Shown piece after piece: positions 17,620 through 26,525 of a DNA stretch of 32,000 bases. Source of the DNA: Promethearchaeum syntrophicum (lineage in GTDB: Archaea > Asgardarchaeota > Lokiarchaeia > Sigyniarchaeales > Promethearchaeaceae). Position numbers and translations under genes: made by a program. The DNA lies in the NCBI RefSeq assembly GCF_008000775.2, contig NZ_CP042905.2:1080001-1112000 (forward strand). The letters are read 5' to 3'. Position 1 is the first letter of the stretch, and each line of letters begins with the position of its first letter. The notes under the pieces are model-generated. The model was not told the origin of the DNA, did no database searches, and saw nothing but the letters and a program-made list of their open reading frames with translations.

Positions 17620-18966
17620 ATGAGTGAAGCAAAAAAGAGTAATATTCCTTGGGTTGAAAAATATCGTCCACAATCTGCTAAAGATTTAATTGGATTTGAA
17701 AAAGTAATAAATAAATTGAAGCAATTTCTGGATGATTTTTTTATTTTTCAAGCAAAATATCGAAACCTAAGGAAAGAAATTAAAACCATTTCAGACCCCC
17801 CCTTGTTAAAGAAAAAAAAACTCCAGCTTAAATCTTTTCAATTAAAAATGCAGAGGCACAAAGCTCAAATATTAATAGGGCCTCCTGGAGTTGGAAAAAC
17901 CACTATTGTATACGCTCTAGCTAATGATTATAATATGAGTGTTATTGAATTAAACGCTTCAGATGTCAGAACTGAAGATGCGATACAAAATAAATTACAA
18001 GAAACTGTAAAATCTACAAATCTTCTCTCGTTTACGTCAAAAAAATCTAAAGGGAAAATTATTTTAATCGATGAAGTTGATGGGTTACACGGTCAGAGCG
18101 ATCGAGGTGGAGTTAAGGCCCTTGTTAATATTATCGCCCAATCAAAATTCCCCCTCATCTTGACATGCAACTTTCGAGATAAAAAATTAAAATCCTTATT
18201 TGATCTATTAGGTTCTATTGATATCTCTCAAGCCTCAGCCAAAGATATCTCAAAAGTGCTGAGAAAAATATCAAAATATGAAAATCTTGATATATCAGAG
18301 GACCAAATCCATCAGCTTGCAATTGGATCAAATGGAGATTATAGATCTTCAATTAACGATCTCCAAGCTCTCACGCAAAGTAGTCATAGCATTGATGAAG
18401 AGACCCTCAAAAATATTAATATTAAAAGAGATACAGAAACTGAAGTCCAACTTTTCATGAATAATATGTTTGCGACTTATAGAATTAAGGATACAAAAAA
18501 AATAATAGATGATGTTCTTGGACCTGGAATTGATTTCCGGTCAATTCATAAATGGATTAACGAAAATTTATTGTCTTATATCACAAAGAGATATGATTTG
18601 TATTATGCTTTTGAAAATCTTGCACATTCTGATAGAATCCTTGGGTATGTTGGGCGAACTCAAGATTATGCTCATTTAAGTTATTACTTTGATATTTTAG
18701 CTGGAGTTCGGTACGCAAAATCTGATAAAATATTACCAAAAGATAAAAAAGTACGACCTCCAAGATGGTTCAGGACGCGAGCAGTTCCGGATGATGAAGT
18801 TGCTTTAAGTCTTCAAAAACTCTACACACTTTCTTTAAATTCTATTATGAAGGAAATTCGTCCTAATCTAAACTTGTTTCTCAAGTTTCCAATTGGAATA
18901 AAAGAATATCTTGCTTCTGTATTACAGGAAGATGTTAAAAAAATTCCAAAATTGATCGCAAATTAA
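17620..18966 (+). CDS. rfcL: Replication factor C large subunit
   Basis: 'WVEKYRPQSAKDLIGFEKVINKL', Walker A IGPPGVGKTT, 'ELNASDVRTED', Walker B IILIDEVDGL, C-terminal RfcL-like helical region. Confidence 0.93.
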   Translation: MSEAKKSNIPWVEKYRPQSAKDLIGFEKVINKLKQFLDDFFIFQAKYRNLRKEIKTISDPPLLKKKKLQLKSFQLKMQRHKAQILIGPPGVGKTTIVYALANDYNMSVIELNASDVRTEDAIQNKLQETVKSTNLLSFTSKKSKGKIILIDEVDGLHGQSDRGGVKALVNIIAQSKFPLILTCNFRDKKLKSLFDLLGSIDISQASAKDISKVLRKISKYENLDISEDQIHQLAIGSNGDYRSSINDLQALTQSSHSIDEETLKNINIKRDTETEVQLFMNNMFATYRIKDTKKIIDDVLGPGIDFRSIHKWINENLLSYITKRYDLYYAFENLAHSDRILGYVGRTQDYAHLSYYFDILAGVRYAKSDKILPKDKKVRPPRWFRTRAVPDDEVALSLQKLYTLSLNSIMKEIRPNLNLFLKFPIGIKEYLASVLQEDVKKIPKLIAN

Positions 18967-19067
18967 AGATAATAATCTATGTTTTGCTTTTTTTGAAATT
19001 AAAAATTCTTTCTTTCGCCGATTTAACATATTCCGCTGAATTATCATACCCTATAAAATGATGTTTT

Positions 19068-19679
19068 TCACCAAATATCATAATAATGTTGAATAAAATC
19101 TAATGAAGTGTTAGGCCCTTTAGATATATTATTCCAATCAATTGGGATGTATTTACAATCAGGATCGCTTTTTAATGCATTGAAACCTTTTGTAGATAAA
19201 GAAACACCTCTAGGATTTGTTCCTGATTTAGGTTTATTCAGAAATTCTGATTTGAGTTTTTTTCGAATTTTCTGTAGTAATTCAATTGAAAAATAATAGA
19301 GTCCCCCAACAGATTTTTGAAAGATTAAAAGAATTATTGGATATTTTGGGGTGAATTCTTCATAGAATTTAATAGCAAGTTCATAATTACTTGTCCATAT
19401 TAATTTAAAGCTTTTTGAGATACTAGTTTTAAAAGAAATCAATTCATTAAATAAGATAAAATCAGCTTCAGCTTCTTGAGGAGGTAATTTATCAGAGAAA
19501 TTATCTCCAAAATGTTTTGAAAAAATGCCTATTATCATCTTTTCTCTTAGAGTTCCAATATCTGGGGATAATTTTCCATCTTTTGCAAAAGCATTATTTA
19601 AATCGTAGATATATTTAGGAAATCTATTTTGAATTTTTTTTATAAATGTTTTGTCATTGAATATATCATTAAAGCTCAT
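19068..19679 (-). CDS. Probable type II restriction endonuclease, ThaI-like family (PD-(D/E)XK)
   Basis: 'GTLREKMIIGIFSKHFG', 'EAEADFILFNELISFKTSISKSFKLIWTSNYELAIKFYEEFTPKYPIILLIF' (candidate D...KT nuclease core), 'KPKSGTNPRGVSLS'. Same strand and adjacent to DNA methyltransferase genes. Confidence 0.65.
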   Translation of the reverse strand: MSFNDIFNDKTFIKKIQNRFPKYIYDLNNAFAKDGKLSPDIGTLREKMIIGIFSKHFGDNFSDKLPPQEAEADFILFNELISFKTSISKSFKLIWTSNYELAIKFYEEFTPKYPIILLIFQKSVGGLYYFSIELLQKIRKKLKSEFLNKPKSGTNPRGVSLSTKGFNALKSDPDCKYIPIDWNNISKGPNTSLDFIQHYYDIW

Positions 19680-19745
19680 AAAGAGAGTGAATAAAAAGTA
19701 AAAATAACAATATTAATACTATTGTGATAATATCACTTTTTATTT

Positions 19746-20585
19746 TTACCATTCAAAGAAAATATTCATATTTCTATGATTTTGTGCAAATTTCATAAAA
19801 TCACGATTAATATTTGGAAATATATATAATATATTATCTTCAACAAAGGAAAATAGATGAATAAATCTTTGAATATAATCTGTAATTTCCTTGGATTGAA
19901 TAAGAGTTTCATCATTTTTTAACATTAACTCATTATTATATCGCCAAATTGATTTTGTATATGTTAAAAATTGATCACGAGTAATGGTATCTGTTTTTTC
20001 AAATGCTTTCCTTTTATTTTTTTTAATCCGTTTTAACACATCTTTACTTGAAATAAGTGCAATATTTAGATTAGAATTTAAGTTATCAAGGGATTTTTCA
20101 AAATTCTTATTAGGAATATTAAGAATTACATTTCCCCTCATAATCATATCACTATTAATCAGGATTTTAGTAATTTTTGCATGAAGGGGATAAAATTGAG
20201 AATTTTTGACATTTTTATCAATATGATTATTTACAAGAATTATTAAGCGCCCCCCTGTTATCAAAAATTTTCTTAAAATCTTTATTGTTTTTACAATTTC
20301 TTGAAACCATTTATCAAAATTTTCAAAGATATCTTTATCAATTTGCGGGATTTGAACAATTATAAGATGTATACTTTCATCTATAATTTTTTTAGCATTT
20401 ATTTCATTAAATTTTAAGACTTCATTAAATATTTCTTTTGAAATTTCTGCTGATCTATCAATAACTTCTTTTTTTTCATTTATAATAAAACCATCATATA
20501 ATCTAGATGAGTAAAATTGACGCGAATCATGCCCCTCTCTTTTAGATACTCCAAAATCACTTGTTTTGGTACGATTTCTTGACAT
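19746..20585 (-). CDS. Catalytically degenerate paralog of a beta-class (SPPY) site-specific DNA methyltransferase
   Basis: 'KTSDFGVSKREGHDSRQFYSSRLYDG' N-terminus as in archaeal SPPY MTases; 'DESIHLIIVQIPQI' replaces 'DESIHLMVTSPPYN'; 'WFQEIVKTIKILRKFLITGGRLIILVNN' matches the region after motif IV; 'FIHLFSFVEDNILYIFPN' replaces 'LFSFxxDxxLDPFxGSG'. Confidence 0.7.
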   Translation of the reverse strand: MSRNRTKTSDFGVSKREGHDSRQFYSSRLYDGFIINEKKEVIDRSAEISKEIFNEVLKFNEINAKKIIDESIHLIIVQIPQIDKDIFENFDKWFQEIVKTIKILRKFLITGGRLIILVNNHIDKNVKNSQFYPLHAKITKILINSDMIMRGNVILNIPNKNFEKSLDNLNSNLNIALISSKDVLKRIKKNKRKAFEKTDTITRDQFLTYTKSIWRYNNELMLKNDETLIQSKEITDYIQRFIHLFSFVEDNILYIFPNINRDFMKFAQNHRNMNIFFEW

Positions 20586-20610
20586 TTTGATTTTTCACTT
20601 TTTATTCGGA

Positions 20611-21615
20611 TTATTTAAGATAGGATAATAAGTTATTCTGTATTTTTCGTTTCTTCTTTGATTCTGAAGTAATTGTCTCTTCATTCCTTTTGATAACTTG
20701 GGTTAATTTTTTAGGAAATGGGAGTGGTTCAATTTGATTAGGCTTTAGATTTCCTTTCTTTAATTCTTCTTTGATTCTCTTTTTTTCTTTTCTTTCCCTC
20801 TTTATTCTTATTTTTTTCTTTTCTGGATGATAATATTCATCAATTCTTCTTTCACAATTAGCAATATACTGATGATTTATTTCATAACCAACGTACCTTC
20901 TCTTAGCAATGATGGCAGCAAGAGCAGTTGATCCAGATCCCATAAAAGGATCTAAAATAATATCATTTTCTTCAGAAAACATTAGAATAATCTTATATGG
21001 TAGTTCTACCCTAAAAGGTGCAGGATGATTAACCCTTTTTGCGCTTTCAGTTCCAAATGCCCATAGATTTGTTAATAATTCTTCTTCATTAATTTCCACT
21101 TTTTTATCATCAATTTTTTCAGGAAATTTATTGATTCTTCCTTTTGGAAAATGAATTACTTTTCTATCTAAATCAGGTTTTCGAGCAATAATAATATATT
21201 CATGAACATCTCTTAAAGAAGGGTTTGATGCTGATTGCCAACTACCCCATGCACAACTTCCACCTGCACTGGCGGCTTTATCCCATATGATTTCTTGTAT
21301 TATTTCAAAATGTAATTTTTCAAGGATTTCAATAAAATAACAATCTAAAGGAAGATATGGCTTTCGTCCAACATTAGCTATATTCAATGCTACGATACCT
21401 CCCGGAATTAAAACCCGAGAGATTTCTTTATGAACTTCTTCAATAAAATCTAAATATTCTTTTAAATTCAAGTTTTCATCATATTGTTTTGTTACATTAT
21501 AGGGTGGTGATGTCACCATTAAATGGATAGATTCATCTTTTAATTGTGTCATTTTTCGAGAATCTTGACAATAAATTTTATTCCACAATGAATCTTGAGC
21601 TTTCAATAATTTCAA
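20611..21615 (-). CDS. Site-specific DNA methyltransferase, beta-class N4/N6 (TSPPY), TTG start
   Basis: Motif IV 'DESIHLMVTSPPYN' precedes motif I 'DIILDPFMGSGSTALAAIIAKRRYVGYEI' (beta order), plus 'HPAPFRVELPYKII'. Basic C-terminal tail. Confidence 0.93.
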   Translation of the reverse strand: MKLLKAQDSLWNKIYCQDSRKMTQLKDESIHLMVTSPPYNVTKQYDENLNLKEYLDFIEEVHKEISRVLIPGGIVALNIANVGRKPYLPLDCYFIEILEKLHFEIIQEIIWDKAASAGGSCAWGSWQSASNPSLRDVHEYIIIARKPDLDRKVIHFPKGRINKFPEKIDDKKVEINEEELLTNLWAFGTESAKRVNHPAPFRVELPYKIILMFSEENDIILDPFMGSGSTALAAIIAKRRYVGYEINHQYIANCERRIDEYYHPEKKKIRIKRERKEKKRIKEELKKGNLKPNQIEPLPFPKKLTQVIKRNEETITSESKKKRKIQNNLLSYLK

Positions 21616-21854
21616 TTCCAGTTTTTTTTATATTTATCAAAGATTTTATTTTTTTAATAATTTCACCATTAATAAATGATATTACAGAACTAAATTATTT
21701 AACGTATGTTTTAATTCGAAATTATTAGAAATGCAACTTGAAATATTTTTCGAACTTTCGATAAATTTGTATCGTGTTTTCTAAATAATTTTTTTTTTTT
21801 GGGAGAAGAGGATACAACTACAAGTTGACTTTACTTTATGATACTCCAAAAGAA

Positions 21855-23222
21855 CTAGTCTTGGAGCTTTTTCGGGATGTTTTTTTTTTGATCACCATTA
21901 TTTTTTCCCCTTTTTCTCTCTATAAATATTGCAAAAAATAACATTATTAACCCACCTAATGTGATAATAGCAGATATAAGAAATGCAAATTTATAAGCAT
22001 TATTTTCTGGTATTCCATCTGCTATTAATCGATCTATTAATGGACCAATAACAAAAGTCGATCCTATTCCCCATGATAGAAAAAAAGTGGCATTATAAAC
22101 CCCAAATAATCGTCCTCGTTTTTCTTGAGGTATTAATAAGGATGCTAATGCATAAGATGAAGTCATTATTAAAACTTCAGCAGCCCCCCAGATAAATCTT
22201 CCAACATACATTAATCCTAAACTTGTTGTTAGAGCAATGATAATTAAGTAAATTACTGCAAAAAAGGAGCTTATTACTAAAGTTTTCCTAAGTCCAACTT
22301 TGTTAGTTAATTTTCCCGCTATAAAACCTATTAGAATTATAGCTATTCCTCTGGTGTTTGAAATAAAACCTAATGTTAATGGATCTACTGCAAAACCTGA
22401 TTCCAACACCAAATATTGGCTGAAAGGTATGGCAATTGAATTTCTGCCTACATTTATTATAAAAAGAGCAGCTATATAAGATAGGAATACAACATAAGAA
22501 AATTCCGGTGAATTTGTCGACTCTCCTGAACTGAAATTATTTTTAATTTCTGGATTGTTCCACGATCTTTTTGCTCCCCCTTCAGGTACAAGAAAAAGTA
22601 TAGGAATAATGGAAGTAATCATAATTGCAGCTGCGATAAAAAAAAGTGGTCCTTCTTTAAAACCATACCCATCATATTTAAGTCCATACCCATCGTAGAA
22701 AACTCCTCCGATTAAAACCCCCACTATTTGACCAATTCCTCCTAAACTTGTTAATCTTCCCATAGCTTTACTTCTTTTTTTTGGGGAAAAAATATCACTA
22801 ACTAATGCACTCCAAGCGATATTTGACATTGACCAGAAGAATTCGATAATAGATAATCCTATAATAACAAAGTAACCCGCTAACTGAAGATCTGCAAAAG
22901 TGTTATGAACAAAATACACAATAACTATACCAATACCCGCTGAAAGCTCTCCAATTACAATAAAAATCCTCCGTTTTTGGATTTTATCGGTTAAAGGACC
23001 CCATACGAAATTTTGAGCTACTACGCTTAAAATCATAGGAATTGTCGCAAAAAGAGTTGTGGCAGTTACAGATAAATTGAGAAAAAATCTCAAGTATAGA
23101 GATAAATAGGTGTAAAATAAGCCCCGTCTAAACATAGCGAGAATCTGAAACGACGATAACCCTAGAAATATACGTTGTAACACGTTTTTGTTTGATTTTA
23201 ACTCTTCATTCATTGTTTTCAT
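21855..23222 (-). CDS. Major facilitator superfamily (MFS) transporter
   Basis: About 12 TM; 'WGPLTDKIQKRRIFIVIGELSAG', 'FIAGKLTNKVGLRKTLVISS', 'IPQEKRGRLFGVYNATFFLSWGIGS'. Confidence 0.9.
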   Translation of the reverse strand: MKTMNEELKSNKNVLQRIFLGLSSFQILAMFRRGLFYTYLSLYLRFFLNLSVTATTLFATIPMILSVVAQNFVWGPLTDKIQKRRIFIVIGELSAGIGIVIVYFVHNTFADLQLAGYFVIIGLSIIEFFWSMSNIAWSALVSDIFSPKKRSKAMGRLTSLGGIGQIVGVLIGGVFYDGYGLKYDGYGFKEGPLFFIAAAIMITSIIPILFLVPEGGAKRSWNNPEIKNNFSSGESTNSPEFSYVVFLSYIAALFIINVGRNSIAIPFSQYLVLESGFAVDPLTLGFISNTRGIAIILIGFIAGKLTNKVGLRKTLVISSFFAVIYLIIIALTTSLGLMYVGRFIWGAAEVLIMTSSYALASLLIPQEKRGRLFGVYNATFFLSWGIGSTFVIGPLIDRLIADGIPENNAYKFAFLISAIITLGGLIMLFFAIFIERKRGKNNGDQKKNIPKKLQD

Positions 23223-23263
23223 TAACTTTTAATTTTCATTAAGTCTTTTGATTAATATTTATC

Positions 23264-23602
23264 ATGAAAAATTCAACCTATGCAGCAATTTTAATGAAAG
23301 TTGCGCCTCCTAAAACAATGGGGGGGGCGGATTATTATCAATTGGGGTTTAAAACTGCTAGTGGGAAACGGATATTGGTCGTTTTAGGCGTCTATATGAT
23401 GGGTTGGAGTGGTAATTTAAGTAAATCGAAAATTTATTATTATCATGAAAAAGGGGAGCGACTTGTTAAAACATCAATGAAAAATCCCGAGCATTTCATT
23501 GGGCAACGATTCAAGATTACAGGATTTTTACAAACTCTGAGTAAAAAAGAAGAGAAATACCGCATTTTTCCTCTTGAACGGCTTGTTTATTACCCTAAAT
23601 AA
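23264..23602 (+). CDS. Hypothetical protein (112 aa), possibly small beta-barrel/OB-like
   Basis: Intact basic ORF; 'RILVVLGVYMM...FIGQRFKITGFLQTLSKKEEKYRIFPLERL' reads as beta-strand-rich. Contains a G8 tract. Confidence 0.6.
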   Translation: MKNSTYAAILMKVAPPKTMGGADYYQLGFKTASGKRILVVLGVYMMGWSGNLSKSKIYYYHEKGERLVKTSMKNPEHFIGQRFKITGFLQTLSKKEEKYRIFPLERLVYYPK

Positions 23603-23667
23603 ATTGAAAAAGAATGCATAAAAAACCAGATATAAAATTTATATAGATTTACCGCAAGAGAAACATA

Positions 23668-24360
23668 ATGACAACTTCAATTTATTTTATGATTGGATTT
23701 TTCCTCTTCTTTGTTATTCATCTCATTGGAGAACTTCTTTTAATTAAAAATAAAGAAAGTAAAAATCATATGCTAATCCGATATATTAGCAAACCCCTTC
23801 TAATGCCGTTACTGGCGTGTTTCTACATCTTTGATAATACAAGTCTCAATTTATGGGTTATCTTAGGAATTGCAGGAGATTTTTTGGGAGATGTCTTTCT
23901 CATGATTCCAGATCCTCAAAAAACCAAGAAGTTTTTTAAAATTGGTCTGATTTCTTTCCTATTAGGACATATTTTCTATATAATCGCTCTTATTTTAATG
24001 ACTGATTTTTCAAAATTTCAGTGGTGGAGTCTACTCCTTTCAATCCCGTATATTATAATAGGAATAATAGTTTACCCTCGCTTAATAAAACATACTGGAA
24101 AAATGAAGATTCCCGTAACTGTTTATTTAATAGTTATTATTTTCATGGGTGTGTGCACTACGTTCCTATGGGGCGGAGCGGAACCAATAGGTGTTATTTT
24201 GCTAATGATGGGTGCATTAGTGTTTATTATTTCCGACACAATAAATGCATTTAATAAATTTGCCAAAGAAATTCCTTACGAACGTCTTTATACGATGAGT
24301 ACATATCTGTTAGGACAATTTCTACTAATATTTGGCTTTTTAAATGCTACATCTCTCTAG
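23668..24360 (+). CDS. YhhN/TMEM86-family membrane protein (lysoplasmalogenase-like)
   Basis: 'ISKPLLMPLLACFYI', 'LGIAGDFLGDVFLMI', 'FLLGHIFYIIALI', 'GALVFIISDTINAFNKF', matching the conserved YhhN pattern. Confidence 0.85.
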   Translation: MTTSIYFMIGFFLFFVIHLIGELLLIKNKESKNHMLIRYISKPLLMPLLACFYIFDNTSLNLWVILGIAGDFLGDVFLMIPDPQKTKKFFKIGLISFLLGHIFYIIALILMTDFSKFQWWSLLLSIPYIIIGIIVYPRLIKHTGKMKIPVTVYLIVIIFMGVCTTFLWGGAEPIGVILLMMGALVFIISDTINAFNKFAKEIPYERLYTMSTYLLGQFLLIFGFLNATSL

Positions 24361-24425
24361 AAATAAAGGAAAAATGAAGGAAAAATAAAAAATAATTCAA
24401 AAAAGGAAAAAAATTTCCTAGATCT

Positions 24426-25073
24426 TTATTCAATCTTTTTTCTATATCTTCCTATTGCAAAAACAAATAATCCAATAGCTACCATTACCAAACCACCAAT
24501 TAATTGAAGAGAATTATACATATAGACATTAACATCATCAATTATATGCGTTGGTGCAACAATTAATGTTTGTAGCGATAAAATAAGCCCTGGAATTATT
24601 AATACAGCAGATAAATTCGTAGAAACTGAACCTTTTTCGCTTTCATCTTCAAATAATGCTTCTTTAAAGCTTGGTATTAAAAGCAATATTAGGATGATTA
24701 GATAAATGAACGTTCTTAGAAGGGATGGAGAAAATGATGACCCCCCTATTAGCATTATTAGCAATGCTGGGATAAGACCACTAATGAATCCCGTTATATT
24801 TGTAATAATGGCAGTAATATAAGCCCATTTTTTATTCTTCTTAATTGCCCAAACCAATACACCCGAACCAATTGCAGCAGCCCATGATAAAAGGGTTGTG
24901 ATAATAAAAATCCATTGCATTTGATTCATAATATAAAGGGAACTAGTAGGATCTGTCGGAGGGGTAAATGTAGGACAAGATGATCCATATGCACTAATTA
25001 ATCCAATTATTGCTGCAATTACCTCCAAAATTATTATTGTTCTTTTTTTTCCACTCATTTCTTTCAACTCCAA
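24426..25073 (-). CDS. Hypothetical multi-pass membrane protein (215 aa)
   Basis: Multiple hydrophobic segments; no family recognised. Confidence 0.7.
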   Translation of the reverse strand: MELKEMSGKKRTIIILEVIAAIIGLISAYGSSCPTFTPPTDPTSSLYIMNQMQWIFIITTLLSWAAAIGSGVLVWAIKKNKKWAYITAIITNITGFISGLIPALLIMLIGGSSFSPSLLRTFIYLIILILLLIPSFKEALFEDESEKGSVSTNLSAVLIIPGLILSLQTLIVAPTHIIDDVNVYMYNSLQLIGGLVMVAIGLFVFAIGRYRKKIE

Positions 25074-25396
25074 TAAAAAAATTTATATTGATTTGGATGT
25101 AAAAATTACCAAATTCAATAGAAAATTATATCAAGAATACCCTAAAAAATGCTAATTTAATCTTGATTTTTACTGTATAAAAGCATTTCTCCTTTTTCTT
25201 AAGTAAAAATGTGAAAATCTCTATTATATTCAAATATTGAGATTGAGAATGAAGCTTATTGGTAAAGTAAATTATATAAAAACTAAAAATTTCTTGATAA
25301 AAAATACTAAGAAAAAACAAAGAAAAGAAAAGGTGGATATGAAAAAAGCAGATATTAAAAATAGGTGATTAAAATGAGAAATTTAATATATATTTA

Positions 25397-26296
25397 TTAT
25401 TTCCTGCAATATTTCTTAAGATCTCTTACACGAACCCTAAGGGTGACCTCTGTAATATGTGCTAATTTTGCAATCTCATTCTGAGTTCTTGGATTTTTAT
25501 GAATATGAGATGTTATATAGAGTGCAGCAGAGGCTAATCCTTTGGGATCTTTTCCCTCAATAAGTAATCCATGTCTTTTTGCAAATTTTAACAATCTGAT
25601 TGCATCTTGACTTACTTTCATGGGTAAATTTAATTCTTCCCCAAATTTATCGACATATCTGATTGGCCCTAAATGCATGACTTTTATGTTCATTTCAGGG
25701 AGTATTCTCATTAAAAGTAAGCGATAGCATTTTACTACATTCTTTTTTGGAGTATCCATTGCTGTAAGAATTTCTTCAACAACTCTTGGAATTCCATGAA
25801 TCTTTAGGCTTGCAAAAATGGATGCGGCCATTAAAATATCAATACTACGACCCATTGTCAGTTTTGCCTTTACCGCATTTTGATAAATTTGAATTGCATC
25901 TTTTATCACTGTATCAGGAATCCCTAGGCGTTCCTGGAGTCTTTGGAAATTAGGTAATGCTATCCAGAGATTGCGTTCATAGCTACTTGTTAGTGATCGG
26001 TGAATTTTACCTAAGCGATTAAATTTAATTTGCTCTTCGACTGGTATTAATGATCCTTTTGAATCAGTGTTTCCTCTAATTATTGTTCGTGGTCCAATTG
26101 GAGAGTAAACCGGCTCATTCTTCTTTCGCTTATTTCGCTCTTCTTGTGTAAAAGCTCTTCGTGGTGAATTATCAAATATTCGTTCGAATACTACTCCACA
26201 ATTTAAACATACATTAAAACCTTCACGATCTCCAATATTCGGGTTTGCACAACATTTTTCCTGTTTGATCAGTTCTTCTCGTCTAAAAATTTGCAT
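25397..26296 (-). CDS. tfb: Transcription initiation factor IIB (TFB)
   Basis: B-reader/linker 'RRAFTQEERNKRKKNEPVYSPIGPRTII', two cyclin-like repeats ('GRSIDILMAASIFASLKIHGIPRVVEEI', 'EGKDPKGLASAALYITSHIHKNPRTQNEIAKLAHITEVTLRVRVRDL'). Confidence 0.92.
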   Translation of the reverse strand: MQIFRREELIKQEKCCANPNIGDREGFNVCLNCGVVFERIFDNSPRRAFTQEERNKRKKNEPVYSPIGPRTIIRGNTDSKGSLIPVEEQIKFNRLGKIHRSLTSSYERNLWIALPNFQRLQERLGIPDTVIKDAIQIYQNAVKAKLTMGRSIDILMAASIFASLKIHGIPRVVEEILTAMDTPKKNVVKCYRLLLMRILPEMNIKVMHLGPIRYVDKFGEELNLPMKVSQDAIRLLKFAKRHGLLIEGKDPKGLASAALYITSHIHKNPRTQNEIAKLAHITEVTLRVRVRDLKKYCRK

Positions 26297-26480
26297 TAGT
26301 TAAAATACCCCCTAAAAAAAACTCGATTTTGTTTGTTATTTCTTATTATAGGGTATTTTTACTTATAGGTATTCTTTTAGAATATTTCCAATAATCCCTA
26401 TAAAAAATATTTAGTCGGTCTGGGATAGGAAGTTTGTTGAATTGAGGGTGTTAACGTCGCAATATCTTTCCATTTTGCTT

Positions 26481-26525
26481 TCACAATTTTGATTCTAATT
26501 CTACCCTCTTTCCACAATGCTTACA
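26481..26525 (-). pseudogene. Possible remnant of a zinc-ribbon domain
   Basis: Reverse-strand translation 'YCKHCGKRVELESKL*KQNGKILRR*' resembles 'CxxCG...SKFCxxCGK' with a stop and an Asn at the second Cys pair. Confidence 0.3.

Noticed and set aside
15503-18966. Interpreting the clamp-loader cluster as a phage or plasmid replication module
   Set aside because: Only RFC genes are present, without helicase, primase, polymerase or capsid neighbours, and flanking genes look chromosomal.
19068-21615. Depletion of a restriction site such as CGCG as support for ThaI specificity
   Set aside because: CGCG is visible at several places in the window (for example near 3420, 4110, 12245, 15350, 17480 and 18780), and low GC alone would make it rare. 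No conclusion drawn.
24021-24254. 77-aa plus-strand ORF within the YhhN family gene
   Set aside because: Same-strand alternate frame of a well-supported CDS.
25126-25320. 64-aa minus-strand ORF
   Set aside because: Low-complexity I/K/F-rich sequence in an AT-rich intergenic region with no conserved features.
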